A stretch of 64,000 nt of DNA from Candidatus Sulfomarinibacteraceae bacterium (lineage in GTDB: Bacteria; Acidobacteriota; Thermoanaerobaculia; Thermoanaerobaculales; Sulfomarinibacteraceae). Positions within the stretch are counted from its first letter, which is position 1. Each line of letters opens with the position of its first letter. The stretch spans positions 231,372 through 295,371 of the forward strand of contig CAWCLO010000001.1 in the NCBI GenBank assembly GCA_963796455.1, written 5' to 3'. The notes under the pieces are model-generated. The model was not told where the DNA came from. It did no database searches and saw only the letters and a list, made by a program, of their open reading frames with translations. A program made the position numbers and the translations under genes. Below are positions 33,333 to 42,673 of the stretch, piece by piece.

Positions 33333-33511
33333 TCATACCTCCTGTGTCCCCCGAACACACAATGACACCGGCCCCATGCCGGATGCCGAGCACATTCGAA
33401 ACTGAAACTGCGATTCATTACAAGAACAACTACGGCAAGGTCAGGTCGATGTTTCAACCACTTACACAGGCGGCGATATGCCATAATTCCTCCCTACATG
33501 GAGGTCATCGC

Positions 33512-34438
33512 ATGAAAACCACAATCAATCGAGCTTTCGTAGTGATCGCGATCTGTCTACTCTCGGTCAGCTGCGCAAAAACAAATGCCGCGCCGGCGCC
33601 CAATATGGGCCTTCCGGACAGCCCCGACGGAACCGTCAAAGCAATCGCTGAAAATCTCGTCAACCATCAGCCGGCAATCATCTGGCAGGCTCTCCCTGAG
33701 AGTTATCGCAATGACCTCGCCGAACTGACCGGAACCTTTGCCGCCAAAATGGATCCTGTTCTTTACGACCGCACGCTGGCTGTTGTTGGTCGCGCAGTCG
33801 AGGTTCTGATCGAGAAAAAGCCGATCATCCTCGAGAGCCAGACCGCGGCGATGAGCGGTGTCAATCCCGAGCAACTTGACCAGGGCATGGGTTCGAGCCT
33901 TGCCATGGTCCAGACGCTTCTCGCAAGCGAAGTTTCCACCATCGCCGGACTCCAGGCGATCAACTGGGAGACCTTCCTGCAGACGACCGGTTCGGAACTT
34001 CTCATTCAAGCCGAAGCGATCAAGAGTGAAGAAGGGGAAGACCCGCTGGCAAAGCTCTCGACCCTCGAGGTGGAGGTGCTCGAAAGCACGGACGAAACCG
34101 CAAAGCTCCGCCTCTTGATCGAAGGTGAGGAACCGGAAGAAGTCGATCTGACCCGCGTCGAGGGTCGTTGGGTCCCGGCGGATTTGGCCAGAGAATGGCC
34201 GCAGATGATGGCCGATGCCCGGAAAGACCTCGATGAGATGGACCAGGAAAAAATGGACGAGATGAAGGGCCAGGCCCTGATGGGCCTGGCAATGGCCGAA
34301 GGCTTGATCGAACAGGTCGCCATGGTCGAAACAGCCGAAGAATTCGATGCGATGATCGGCCCGATGATCCAGGCCATGATGGGTTCCATGGGATCCATGA
34401 TGCCGGAGGACGAGGACTACGGCCCGGACGAAGGCTAG
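33512..34438 (+). CDS. hypothetical lipoprotein (acidic, Met-rich C-terminus)
   Basis: ATG at 33512 follows GGAGG. Lipobox LLSVSC. No family recognised. Confidence 0.65.
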   Translation: MKTTINRAFVVIAICLLSVSCAKTNAAPAPNMGLPDSPDGTVKAIAENLVNHQPAIIWQALPESYRNDLAELTGTFAAKMDPVLYDRTLAVVGRAVEVLIEKKPIILESQTAAMSGVNPEQLDQGMGSSLAMVQTLLASEVSTIAGLQAINWETFLQTTGSELLIQAEAIKSEEGEDPLAKLSTLEVEVLESTDETAKLRLLIEGEEPEEVDLTRVEGRWVPADLAREWPQMMADARKDLDEMDQEKMDEMKGQALMGLAMAEGLIEQVAMVETAEEFDAMIGPMIQAMMGSMGSMMPEDEDYGPDEG

Positions 34439-34456
34439 CCCGCGCTTCGTGGTGAT

Positions 34457-35806
34457 TTAGCGCCCGGCGAGAGCGTCGGAAGGATCGCCGGCGGCGCCTC
34501 TGCGCGCCGGCGGCAGGGCGCCCACCACACATGCTAGGACCGCCAGCACCAACACTGAGACGACCAGCCACGGAGAGAAGGCAAAGAAACTCTCCGGTTT
34601 GAAGGGAAAATCGGGGATCCGACCTGCGGCAAAAGCATCGGCGGCAATCGCCGCCAGCCGCGCCACCAGCACACCGGTCACCCCGGCCATCAGCCCGAGA
34701 GCAGCCCCTTCAGAAACCAGAAGTCTGGTGATGTCGCTGCGCCGGGCACCGACCGCGCGGAACAAGCCGATCTCCCGTCTTCGGACGATCACCACCAGAT
34801 AAAAGACGTGCATGATGTGGGCCGTTGCGATCACTATGAGGACCAGCCCCACAAGACCGAAGACCACCATCACGACCGAGGTCAACAGCGCAGCCCGCCG
34901 CGCGCCGCGGTCTCGAATATCCAGACCCATGGCCTCCACCGCCTCCACCACCTCCGGCATGGCCTCGCGGGCGGCCAATTCGATGATGATCGAGTGGTAA
35001 CGTTCTCCAGCTTCAGCAGAATCTAGCGTCGTGTTGAGCCGCCGGACATGCTCGAGGGGCAGGGTCACCCCGAGTGGGATCGCGGCCCTTGAAACCCCGA
35101 CCAGACGCATCCGTTCTCTGACCGGTGGGCCCGAGGCCGGTTTGAAGGTCGAGGCGCCGAAGTTCATCTCGAAGGTCAGACCTTCGAGGGCATCGGGGTT
35201 GATCTTAGGCAGGTCATAGGCGCGACGGAAAGCTCCGTTGTAGAGCTCGATCACATAGGGAGACACCAGAACCGGGATGTAGGGGCGGCACCAACTCGAG
35301 GCACAATAAGCATCCTGTCCACACTGTGCATCGCCAGCACAAGGGATCAGCGGATTGTCGGGGTCCCGGTCAGAGAAAACCGGGCCGATGGATTCCGAAA
35401 CCAACCGAGGATCGATCCCATCGGCCACGATCTCGGTCTGAAGACCGGCGCCGAAAAGCGCATTGCCACCCGAAGCCAGGGCCGGTACCGTCAGCCTCAT
35501 CTTCGGGTAGGCCGCAGCGACACCGTCGAGAGCCGCCAGATCGTCCAGCACCGATGGATCGAGCGCATCCCGCCCGAGATTGAGCCGGATCGCAAAAAGA
35601 TCCAGGTCGGCGCTCTTCGGGGCGACCTCGATCAGGTTTTCCGGAAAGACCTGGGTCAGCAGAAGATCCCGGATCTGGATACCGAGGGCGAGAAAAAAGG
35701 TCAGCGCCGCGATCCCGATCACGATGCCGATGGAGGCGACGGAAAAATGGCGCCAATGGCGGCGGAGATCGGACGCGACCGCGTGAATCCAGCCTCGTCC
35801 CATCAC
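34457..35806 (-). CDS. ABC transporter permease, FtsX/MacB family
   Basis: Topology is an N-terminal TM, a large periplasmic domain, and a C-terminal FtsX-like 3-TM bundle (REIGLFRAVGARRSDI). It overlaps the upstream ATPase gene by 4 nt. Confidence 0.8.
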   Translation of the reverse strand: MMGRGWIHAVASDLRRHWRHFSVASIGIVIGIAALTFFLALGIQIRDLLLTQVFPENLIEVAPKSADLDLFAIRLNLGRDALDPSVLDDLAALDGVAAAYPKMRLTVPALASGGNALFGAGLQTEIVADGIDPRLVSESIGPVFSDRDPDNPLIPCAGDAQCGQDAYCASSWCRPYIPVLVSPYVIELYNGAFRRAYDLPKINPDALEGLTFEMNFGASTFKPASGPPVRERMRLVGVSRAAIPLGVTLPLEHVRRLNTTLDSAEAGERYHSIIIELAAREAMPEVVEAVEAMGLDIRDRGARRAALLTSVVMVVFGLVGLVLIVIATAHIMHVFYLVVIVRRREIGLFRAVGARRSDITRLLVSEGAALGLMAGVTGVLVARLAAIAADAFAAGRIPDFPFKPESFFAFSPWLVVSVLVLAVLACVVGALPPARRGAAGDPSDALAGR

Positions 35807-36492
35807 CGGGTTCCTTTGTCGAAATCGGTCAGCCGGCCAGCGCTGAGTTCGAGAGTGCGGAGCCCCGCGGTGGAGATGGCTTCATCATGGGTGACCGCCA
35901 CAATCGCCAGTTCGTGATTTCGATGCAGTTCGGTAAGAAGCCCGACAAGGTCACCGGCGGTTCCCGCGTCCAGATTGCCAGTCGGTTCATCGCACAGAAG
36001 AACCCGCGGCCGGTTGAACAGCGCCCGCGCGAAGGCCACCCGTTGTCGTTCACCACCCGAAAGAGTCGTCGAGGGACGGTCACCGGAACCTTCGAGCCCG
36101 ACTTCCGCCAACAGTTCATCAGCCCTGTTTCGAACCGCCTCTGCGCTCCGCCACTCCTCACCGCGAGAAAAGAGCGAAGCCAGCGACACGTTGTCCCGAC
36201 AACACAGATGATCGAGCAGGTGGTCGCTCTGGAAAACGAATCCGATCGTGCGGCTCCGGTAGGAGCTGATTTCGATATCGTCCAGGGTTCCGATTTCACG
36301 CCCGTCGACCTGCACCGATCCAACAAAATCACCATCGAGACCACCGATCAGGTGGAGAAGGGTCGTCTTGCCCGAACCCGAACGCCCGACGATCGACACG
36401 AAGTCGCCGTCTCCGATCTCCAGATCGATTTCTCGTAGAACGGCCTTCTCGTTGCCGGGGTATTGCTTCGAAACATTTTCGAGTCTGATCAC
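35803..36492 (-). CDS. ABC transporter ATP-binding protein (LolD/MacB type)
   Basis: Walker A GRSGSGKTTLLHLIGGL, signature LSGGERQRVAFARAL, Walker B LLCDEPTGNLD. GTG start. Confidence 0.9.
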   Translation of the reverse strand: MIRLENVSKQYPGNEKAVLREIDLEIGDGDFVSIVGRSGSGKTTLLHLIGGLDGDFVGSVQVDGREIGTLDDIEISSYRSRTIGFVFQSDHLLDHLCCRDNVSLASLFSRGEEWRSAEAVRNRADELLAEVGLEGSGDRPSTTLSGGERQRVAFARALFNRPRVLLCDEPTGNLDAGTAGDLVGLLTELHRNHELAIVAVTHDEAISTAGLRTLELSAGRLTDFDKGTR

Positions 36493-36522
36493 GGGGCGAG
36501 TTTAGCGCGACCCGGGAGTCAA

Positions 36523-37082
36523 GTTTTGAGTTTTGAGTTTTGGGTTTTGAGTTCGGGCCCGTTTCGCGTTCCATTCGACCGGCTGGCGAAGGGGCGGAGG
36601 GGCGGAGGAGAAAGGGGGAACAAGCAACACGATGCTGGATGCTGGATGCTCGATCCCGAGCCCGAGCCCGTTGCCGTTACCGAACAGGGAAAGGGGGAAA
36701 GGGAGAAAGGGAGAACCGGCCGGCACTGATTTCGCCTGCATGCGAATGTCGCCTCCTGATGTCATCCTGAGCGGAGCGCCTTCGGCGCGTAGTCGAAGGA
36801 TCTGCGGACCGAAGACTGTTCCGTCCATCCCATAGATCCTTCGACTTCGCCCCCTGTGGGGCTACGCTCAGGATGACATCTTGAACGACAGTTCCGTTCC
36901 CGTTCCCGTTCCCGAAAGGGTGAAAGGGTGAAAGGGTGAAAGGGAGAAAGGGAGAAAGGGAGAAAGGGAGAACCGTACCGGAAGCGACGGACGTGATAAG
37001 ATCTGGTCCTCTGCTCCTCTGCTCCTCTGCTCCTCTGCTCCTCTGCTCCTCTGCTCCTCTGCTCCTCTGCTCCTCTGCTCCC
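36523..37082. repeat. microsatellite hotspot: at least 8 distinct 6-8 nt tandem arrays around one palindromic element
   Basis: Arrays: GTTTTGA x5 (36523-36557); GGGGCGGA x2 (36591-36618); GATGCTG x3 (36631-36653); CCCGAG x2; GGGAAAG/GGAGAAA (36687-36715); CGTTCC x4 (36891-36914); GAAAGGGT/A x7 (36914-36972); CCTCTGCT x9 (37007-37082). Confidence 0.95.
36758..36880. repeat. cloverleaf-like palindromic element (GTCATCCTGAGCG family), copy 2
   Basis: Termini GATGTCATCCTGAGCG...CGCTCAGGATGACATC. The inner 13-bp stem AGTCGAAGGATCT/AGATCCTTCGACT is perfect. Side hairpins are GCGCCTTCGGCGC and GCCCCCTGTGGGGC. Confidence 0.9.
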
Positions 37083-37112
37083 ATTCCCATTGCTGCGCTA
37101 CACTTCCTCCTC

Positions 37113-37910
37113 ATGCACATTCTGGCTCTCGATTTCGATGGTGTGCTCTGCGACTCGTCACGCGAGGTCTTCGTGGTCGCGGTCGACACCTATGCCTCGA
37201 TGGAGAGTGGGTCCCTGTTGCCCGCGCGATTGCAGCCGCTGCGCGATGACGCGCTCGGTGGTGGTGAAGGTTTTCGATCCGAAAGACTGTACGAAATCTT
37301 CATCGGTCTCCTGGCCCTCGGCAATCGGGCCGAGGACTTCGGAGTGTCGCTGACCGCCATGGACCGGGGAGCCCCGATCGACGGACAGGATGCATATGAT
37401 GAGTATTTTGGAGGCCTCGACCCGGAGTGGCTGGCAAGATTCCACACACGTTTCTATGAAGTCCGTACCAAGCTGCGCAACGCCGACGCCAGGGCTTGGA
37501 TCGGGCTCCACAAACCCTACCCCGGCCTCGCTGATCTATTGCGAAAGCACTCCGATCGTACGCTGCCTGCCGTGGTCACGGCCAAGGACGGTGTCTCGGC
37601 AAGACTGTTATTGGACGCCATGGGTTATGACGGCATTTTTGATCCGCAGCTCATTTTCGACAAAGAGACCGGGGTCGAAAAAACCCACCATCTCGAAGCC
37701 CTGCAACAACGGACGGGGATCGGGTTTTCAAAGGTCACCTTTATCGACGACAAACTCAACCATCTGGTCGCGGTCAGCAGACTCGGAGTGCGTGCGGTTC
37801 TTGCCGGTTGGGGCTTCAATACCCTGCGCGAGCATGCGCTCGCCGACAGGCTCGGCTTTGACGTGGCAACGCTGCGATCTGCAGAAAACGTTTTGTTCAA
37901 GGGAGAGTGA
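37113..37910 (+). CDS. HAD-superfamily hydrolase
   Basis: Motif I is LALDFDGVLCDS directly after ATG 37113. The ORF-track N-terminus from 36936 merely translates the octamer array. Confidence 0.8.
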   Translation: MHILALDFDGVLCDSSREVFVVAVDTYASMESGSLLPARLQPLRDDALGGGEGFRSERLYEIFIGLLALGNRAEDFGVSLTAMDRGAPIDGQDAYDEYFGGLDPEWLARFHTRFYEVRTKLRNADARAWIGLHKPYPGLADLLRKHSDRTLPAVVTAKDGVSARLLLDAMGYDGIFDPQLIFDKETGVEKTHHLEALQQRTGIGFSKVTFIDDKLNHLVAVSRLGVRAVLAGWGFNTLREHALADRLGFDVATLRSAENVLFKGE

Positions 37911-38699
37911 ATGGCAAAGAAGAAGTCAATCAGCCTCTACAGCTGGAATGTCAACGGAATCAGGGCCTGCGGACGCAAAGGCTTCCTCGACTGGCTGGCT
38001 GCCGCCAAGCCCGATGTCCTCGGTCTCCAGGAAACACGGGCGCTCCCCGAACAACTCGAGGACGCTCTCCTCAACCCAAAGGGCTATTCCGTCCATTACA
38101 ACCCAGCAGAGAAAAAGGGATACTCGGGAGTCGCCCTCTATTCGCGGCTCGATCCCGACAGTGTCATTCTGGGCGGTCTCAATGAAGAACGATTCAACAG
38201 CGAAGGCCGTCTGATCATCGCCGACTACGGTGATTTTCTCTTCTACACAGGGTATTTTCCAAACGGCGGCAACGACCTCAGCCGGGTGCCCTACAAACTC
38301 GATTTTTCGGAGGCGGTTCTGCAGCACGCGGAAAAGCAGCGCAAGAAGGGCCGCAGTATCGTCATCTGCGGTGACGTCAACACGGCCCACGAGGAGATCG
38401 ACCTCGCCAACCCCAAATCAAACAAGAAGAACACCGGTTTTCTGCCCGAGGAACGCGCCTGGGTGAGCCGTCTGATAGACCACGGATACATGGACATCTT
38501 CCGCAAGCTCCACCCCGAAGAAACAGGCCGTTACACCTGGTGGAGCAACCGCGGGGATGTCAGAGCACGCAACATCGGATGGCGCATCGACTACTTCTTT
38601 ATTTCTGCCGATCTCGAGGAGAAGGTGGTCGCCGCACGAATCCACCCAGATGTCATGGGGTCGGATCATTGTCCGATCGAGTTGGAACTGAAGTGCTAA
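37911..38699 (+). CDS. xth: exodeoxyribonuclease III
   Basis: SWNVNGIRA, LGLQETR and the C-terminal SDHCPIELEL; 262 aa. Confidence 0.92.
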   Translation: MAKKKSISLYSWNVNGIRACGRKGFLDWLAAAKPDVLGLQETRALPEQLEDALLNPKGYSVHYNPAEKKGYSGVALYSRLDPDSVILGGLNEERFNSEGRLIIADYGDFLFYTGYFPNGGNDLSRVPYKLDFSEAVLQHAEKQRKKGRSIVICGDVNTAHEEIDLANPKSNKKNTGFLPEERAWVSRLIDHGYMDIFRKLHPEETGRYTWWSNRGDVRARNIGWRIDYFFISADLEEKVVAARIHPDVMGSDHCPIELELKC

Positions 38700-38701
38700 C
38701 A

Positions 38702-38730
38702 GTTTTGAGGTTTGAGGTTTGAGGTTGGAG
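38702..38730 (+). repeat. heptamer array (GTTTTGAG, GTTTGAG x2, GTTGGAG)
   Basis: It starts 2 nt after the TAA stop at 38697-38699. Confidence 0.9.
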
Positions 38731-38847
38731 TTCCAATCCACAACCCGGAATGCGAATTCGAAAACCGGGTTCCCGTCCGCCCACACCCAGACCGAATCAG
38801 AAAAAGAGCAATTGCAAACTGTGCTTGCTTCCACCAGTCTGGCGCCC

Positions 38848-38886
38848 AACTCAAAACTCAACACTCAAAACTCAAAACTCAAAACT
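38848..38886 (-). repeat. heptamer array (ACTCAAA x5 on plus strand), inverted partner of 38702-38730
   Basis: Direct reading. It is the reverse complement of the TTTGAGT family. Confidence 0.9.
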
Positions 38887-38906
38887 GACGCCCTGGGGCT
38901 ATTGAA

Positions 38907-39347
38907 ATGATTGAAGACCACTACCGGCGGTTGGAGCGCATGTATCTCAGTTCTCCGGCAAACACTGTTTACAACGCTCGGATTCACGTCGAGGAGGCGG
39001 CAGCGGAGATCTCCCTCGATGTGGGGCTTCATCTCCACCACGCGGCCGGAAGCGTCCACGGTTCTCACTATTTCAAGGCTCTGGACGATGCCGCATTCTT
39101 CGCAGTCAACTCGCTGGTCGATGACGTGTTCGTGTTCACCGTCAGCTTCAATACCTATCTTGTGCGCCCGATCGTCGAAGGAACCATGACCTCCACCGGA
39201 TCCGTGGTGAATGCGGGTCGCTCATTGTGGATCGCTGAATCGACCGTGACAGACGATCGGGGCCGGCTGCTCGGCCACGGCAGCGGTTCCTTCATGAAGA
39301 GCAGGATCGCCCTTTCTGACATCCCGAGCTACGCTCACCACGGCTGA
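38907..39347 (+). CDS. PaaI-family (hotdog fold) thioesterase
   Basis: Typical length of 146 aa, and the pattern GSVHGSHYFKALDDAAFFA...GRLLGHGSGSF. Confidence 0.7.
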   Translation: MIEDHYRRLERMYLSSPANTVYNARIHVEEAAAEISLDVGLHLHHAAGSVHGSHYFKALDDAAFFAVNSLVDDVFVFTVSFNTYLVRPIVEGTMTSTGSVVNAGRSLWIAESTVTDDRGRLLGHGSGSFMKSRIALSDIPSYAHHG

Positions 39348-39385
39348 TGAGAGAGTTCGAATGATCCTCCGAAGCATTGACGACC

Positions 39386-40207
39386 GTGCCTGAACTCCCT
39401 GAAGTCGAGACCGTCCGCCGCTCGCTCGAGCGGGAGCTCCGGAATCTGAAGATCACCGGGGTCAGCGGTCACTCGATCCAACTCCGGCGCCCGCTCGATC
39501 TCGACAGCTTCCAGACAGTCCTCCCCAATTCGGCGTTCACCGCATTTCGCCGGCGTGGCAAGTTTCTGCTGTTGGATCTCGGCCCCTCGGGCAGTCTGTT
39601 GTGCCACCTCGGGATGTCCGGACGAATGATGATCGTTCACGCCGGGTCCGACCGTCTCCCGCATACACATCTCATTCTCGAGCTCAGTGACGGCCGCGAG
39701 CTTCGATATGTTGATCCCAGACGTTTTGGTTTTGTCGATTGGCTCGGTCAGGGCGCCGAAGAAAAGGACCCGTCACTTGGCCGGCTCGGTCCCGAGCCCC
39801 TCGATCCGACAATCGTGCAAATCCTACCGCCACTCATGCACTCACGGCGTGCTCCACTCAAAAGCCTCCTCCTCGACCAGCACCTGGTGGCGGGGGTCGG
39901 CAACATCTACGCCGTCGAGTCTCTGTGGCGTGCGGGAATCCACCCGCGCCGCAAGGGCTGCCGCACATCATTGCTTCGTTTGGAAAGGCTCACCGCGATC
40001 GTCAGAGAAGTGCTCATGGAGGCCGTCGAAGAGGGCGGCACGACCATTCGGGACTACGCCACGCCTGAAGGAGATTTCGGCTACTTCGCGATCCGGCTCG
40101 ACGCCTACGGACGAAAGGGCAAACCGTGTCGCCGCTGTGGGACCCCCCTTCGTGCCGAGGTCATCGCGGGACGAACGACTGCGTTTTGTCCGGGGTGTCA
40201 GAGGTAA
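39386..40207 (+). CDS. mutM: formamidopyrimidine-DNA glycosylase
   Basis: A GTG start at 39386 gives the obligatory N-terminus (M)PELPEVETVRR. The C-terminal zinc finger is CRRCGTPL...FCPGCQ. Confidence 0.9.
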   Translation: MPELPEVETVRRSLERELRNLKITGVSGHSIQLRRPLDLDSFQTVLPNSAFTAFRRRGKFLLLDLGPSGSLLCHLGMSGRMMIVHAGSDRLPHTHLILELSDGRELRYVDPRRFGFVDWLGQGAEEKDPSLGRLGPEPLDPTIVQILPPLMHSRRAPLKSLLLDQHLVAGVGNIYAVESLWRAGIHPRRKGCRTSLLRLERLTAIVREVLMEAVEEGGTTIRDYATPEGDFGYFAIRLDAYGRKGKPCRRCGTPLRAEVIAGRTTAFCPGCQR

Positions 40208-40212
40208 AGGGG

Positions 40213-40296
40213 CCATGGGCTATAGGCTATAAGCGATGGGCTTTAGGCCATGGGCTATGGGCTATGAGCTATGAGCTATGGGCCCTAAGCGATAAG
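40213..40296 (+). repeat. GGCTATG-family tandem array (degenerate, with two TAAGCGAT interruptions)
   Basis: It starts 5 nt after the mutM stop and reads CCATGGGCTATAGGCTATAAGCGATGGGCTTTAGGCCATGGGCTATGGGCTATGAGCTATGAGCTATGGGCC... Confidence 0.9.
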
Positions 40297-40301
40297 CTTT
40301 T

Positions 40302-41708
40302 TTGGCTCAGCTTTTTGCAGAAAACCCGCTGGAGGCGTTCGAGCCCACGGCCCCGGCTGAAGTACCATGGAGCCCGGAAGTGGAGGCATCGATGGGCCAC
40401 CTTGTCGGCAAAGATATTTATCGCCAGCTCGGTACAAAAATCGACAACCTGGCGACTCGAACACCTTGGAACGAGACGCTTTACGAGATCCTGACCGAGC
40501 TCTACACTCCCCAGGAAGCCGAACTGGTGGTCCGTATGCCCTACGGGTTGTCGACTGCCAAGCGCCTCGTTTCGGTCACCGGATATGACGAGGCACCCCT
40601 GCAGCATCTCCTCGCCAGTCTGTGCAGCAAGGGTCTGGTCATGGACATCGAACTCGGTGGAAGATATCGCTATACCGTATCGCCTCTGGTCATCGGAATC
40701 TTCGAACTCACCATGATGCGTACCGGTCCGGATCTCGACCGTAAGAAAATCGCCACCCTCTTCCACCAATACATGGGCCCCGACGGAGTTTTCCACGACG
40801 CCAATTATGCGCACGGCGAAACGACGACGATCATGAGGGCCCTACCCCACGAGGGCACCATCCGCGACGAAGATTTTGTCGAGATTCTCGACTACGAAAA
40901 AGCGCGCGAGATCGTCAGCCGCGCGCGTCGATTCTCGATGGGCATTTGTTCGTGTCGCCACGAGAAGCACCACCTCGGTCAGAGTTGCCGGGCCGAAGCG
41001 CCGATGGACAACTGTTCGTCGATGGATTATTCGGCGGACTTTTTGATTCGCAACGATCTTGCCCGCGAGGTCAGCCGCGAGGAGATGATCGACAATATCG
41101 ACCGCTCACGAGACCTCGGTCTCGTCATGAATGCGGACAATGTGCAGCGCAACGTCACCTTTATCTGCCACTGTTGCGGATGCTGCTGCAACGCCCTCGC
41201 CGGTTTGACCGAGCACGGATACACCGAATCGATCGTGACCTCCAGTTATATTGCCGTAACTGATGACGAGATCTGCAAGGGCTGCAACTTTTGTGAAAAG
41301 GCATGTCCAGTGGATGCCATTTCGATGGTGCCGAATGACAACCCCCAAACCAAAAAGAAGAAGAAGCCGGCAATCGATTTCGAGTTCTGTCTCGGCTGCG
41401 GTGTGTGTGCCAATGCCTGTTCGACTGGGGCGATGAAGCTCGACGAACGCGAGCAGCGAGTGATTCCGCCGGAAAGCACCTTCCAACGGGTGATTCTCTC
41501 GGCGCTCGATCGCGGAACTCTTCAGAATCAACTCTTCGACGATCCATCGAGCACCAGCCAGGCCTTCCTGCGCGCTTTCGTCGGCGGCTTTCTCAAACTG
41601 CCCCCGGTCAAAAAGGCGCTGCTCAGCAATCAGTTACGGTCACGTTTCTTGAGCGCAATGGAAGGCGGGGTCCGCAAGCAGGGAAAGAGTTGGGCAGCGG
41701 AGATCTAG
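40302..41708 (+). CDS. 4Fe-4S dicluster domain-containing protein (Cys-rich, CHCCGCCC motif)
   Basis: Two ferredoxin-type motifs (CKGCNFCEKACP, CLGCGVCANACS), plus CSCRHEKHHLGQSC and FICHCCGCCCNAL. The start is either TTG 40302 or ATG 40392. Confidence 0.75.
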   Translation: MAQLFAENPLEAFEPTAPAEVPWSPEVEASMGHLVGKDIYRQLGTKIDNLATRTPWNETLYEILTELYTPQEAELVVRMPYGLSTAKRLVSVTGYDEAPLQHLLASLCSKGLVMDIELGGRYRYTVSPLVIGIFELTMMRTGPDLDRKKIATLFHQYMGPDGVFHDANYAHGETTTIMRALPHEGTIRDEDFVEILDYEKAREIVSRARRFSMGICSCRHEKHHLGQSCRAEAPMDNCSSMDYSADFLIRNDLAREVSREEMIDNIDRSRDLGLVMNADNVQRNVTFICHCCGCCCNALAGLTEHGYTESIVTSSYIAVTDDEICKGCNFCEKACPVDAISMVPNDNPQTKKKKKPAIDFEFCLGCGVCANACSTGAMKLDEREQRVIPPESTFQRVILSALDRGTLQNQLFDDPSSTSQAFLRAFVGGFLKLPPVKKALLSNQLRSRFLSAMEGGVRKQGKSWAAEI

Positions 41709-41744
41709 TGGACTCTGCGGCTATGGACAGTTCGGATTCGGCGT

Positions 41745-41807
41745 CATAGCCTCATAGCCCATAGCCCATAGCCCCATAGCCTCATAGCCCCATAGCCTCG
41801 TCGTCCC
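41745..41807 (-). repeat. CATAGCC tandem array (reverse complement of the GGCTATG family)
   Basis: It ends 14 nt from the stop of the minus-strand gene at 41822-41824. In that gene's sense it reads GGCTATG. Confidence 0.9.
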
Positions 41808-41821
41808 ATTGCCAATGCCCG

Positions 41822-42673
41822 TCACGGTGGTGGCAACGAAATCGACGACTTCGGCATGGCGGGTTCTCCGCGCCCCGGTTGGTTGCGCTCCGGAAAACCA
41901 CCACCGAGACCCTTGGTAATGGTCGGCCCCACATGGCCGATCGGGGTCGGCCGCGGCGTCGGCACCCTGCCCCCGCCCTGGCGCCACACAAAGGAGGTGA
42001 AATTCGCGAGATCGGTTTGGGCGCGCGACAGGGACACCCCGGCCACACCAAAGGTCACCGCGCGATCATCGAGACTCCGCCAGCTTCGAAGCTCGCCGGT
42101 GCGATAGAATTCCTCACCGACAAAGGGGTACAGGGCTTTGCTTCGGGCGAGGGACCCGCTGATCGCCGAGCCGATTTTTCCTTCCACGATCAGATCACGG
42201 CTCTGGCCGTAGAACACCAACCGGACACGTTCGAGGACCGAGTCGACATAGGCCTGATACTCGGCGGAGTAGGCCGATTCCCGCCCATCCTCGTGGACGA
42301 CGGCGAGTGGATCATTGGCATCGAGCACCAACACCGCGAGCACACCCATCTCTTCGACCAAATCGGCCAGAGGTACGGGTTGCCTCAGATCCGAGGCACA
42401 CTTACGAACCTGCCGTTCGAGAGCCTGCGAGAGGTTGCCGGGGGGGCCGGCGCGCCACGCCGGCGGCAGTTTCAATCCACGCCTGATTCCGGCGTCATAT
42501 CGTTTGTGGTGTTCACGGACCTGGCGGGCAAAATCAGGTGGAAAGAAATCGACGGCTGACCACGCGACGTAGCGAACCGTCGTGGGGCTCCACCCGATGG
42601 ACAAAGCTGCCACAACAAGCACCGGAAAAATCCCGGACACCGCAAATCGATCGGGCAAAAAACGCTTCATCAC
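41822..42673 (-). CDS. hypothetical exported protein
   Basis: 283-aa ORF with an N-terminal hydrophobic segment and an ATGA overlap onto the upstream TlpA gene. No family recognised. The Gly/Pro-rich tail could hide an indel. Confidence 0.55.
   Translation of the reverse strand: MMKRFLPDRFAVSGIFPVLVVAALSIGWSPTTVRYVAWSAVDFFPPDFARQVREHHKRYDAGIRRGLKLPPAWRAGPPGNLSQALERQVRKCASDLRQPVPLADLVEEMGVLAVLVLDANDPLAVVHEDGRESAYSAEYQAYVDSVLERVRLVFYGQSRDLIVEGKIGSAISGSLARSKALYPFVGEEFYRTGELRSWRSLDDRAVTFGVAGVSLSRAQTDLANFTSFVWRQGGGRVPTPRPTPIGHVGPTITKGLGGGFPERNQPGRGEPAMPKSSISLPPP

Noticed and set aside
36677-37189. 170-aa minus ORF and the N-terminal extension of ORF 36936..37910 (LLLCSSAP repeats, EEQRSRGA repeats).
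   Set aside because: These are translations of the octamer and heptamer arrays. The HAD motif I (DFDGV) starts directly after the ATG at 37113, so the upstream part is non-coding.
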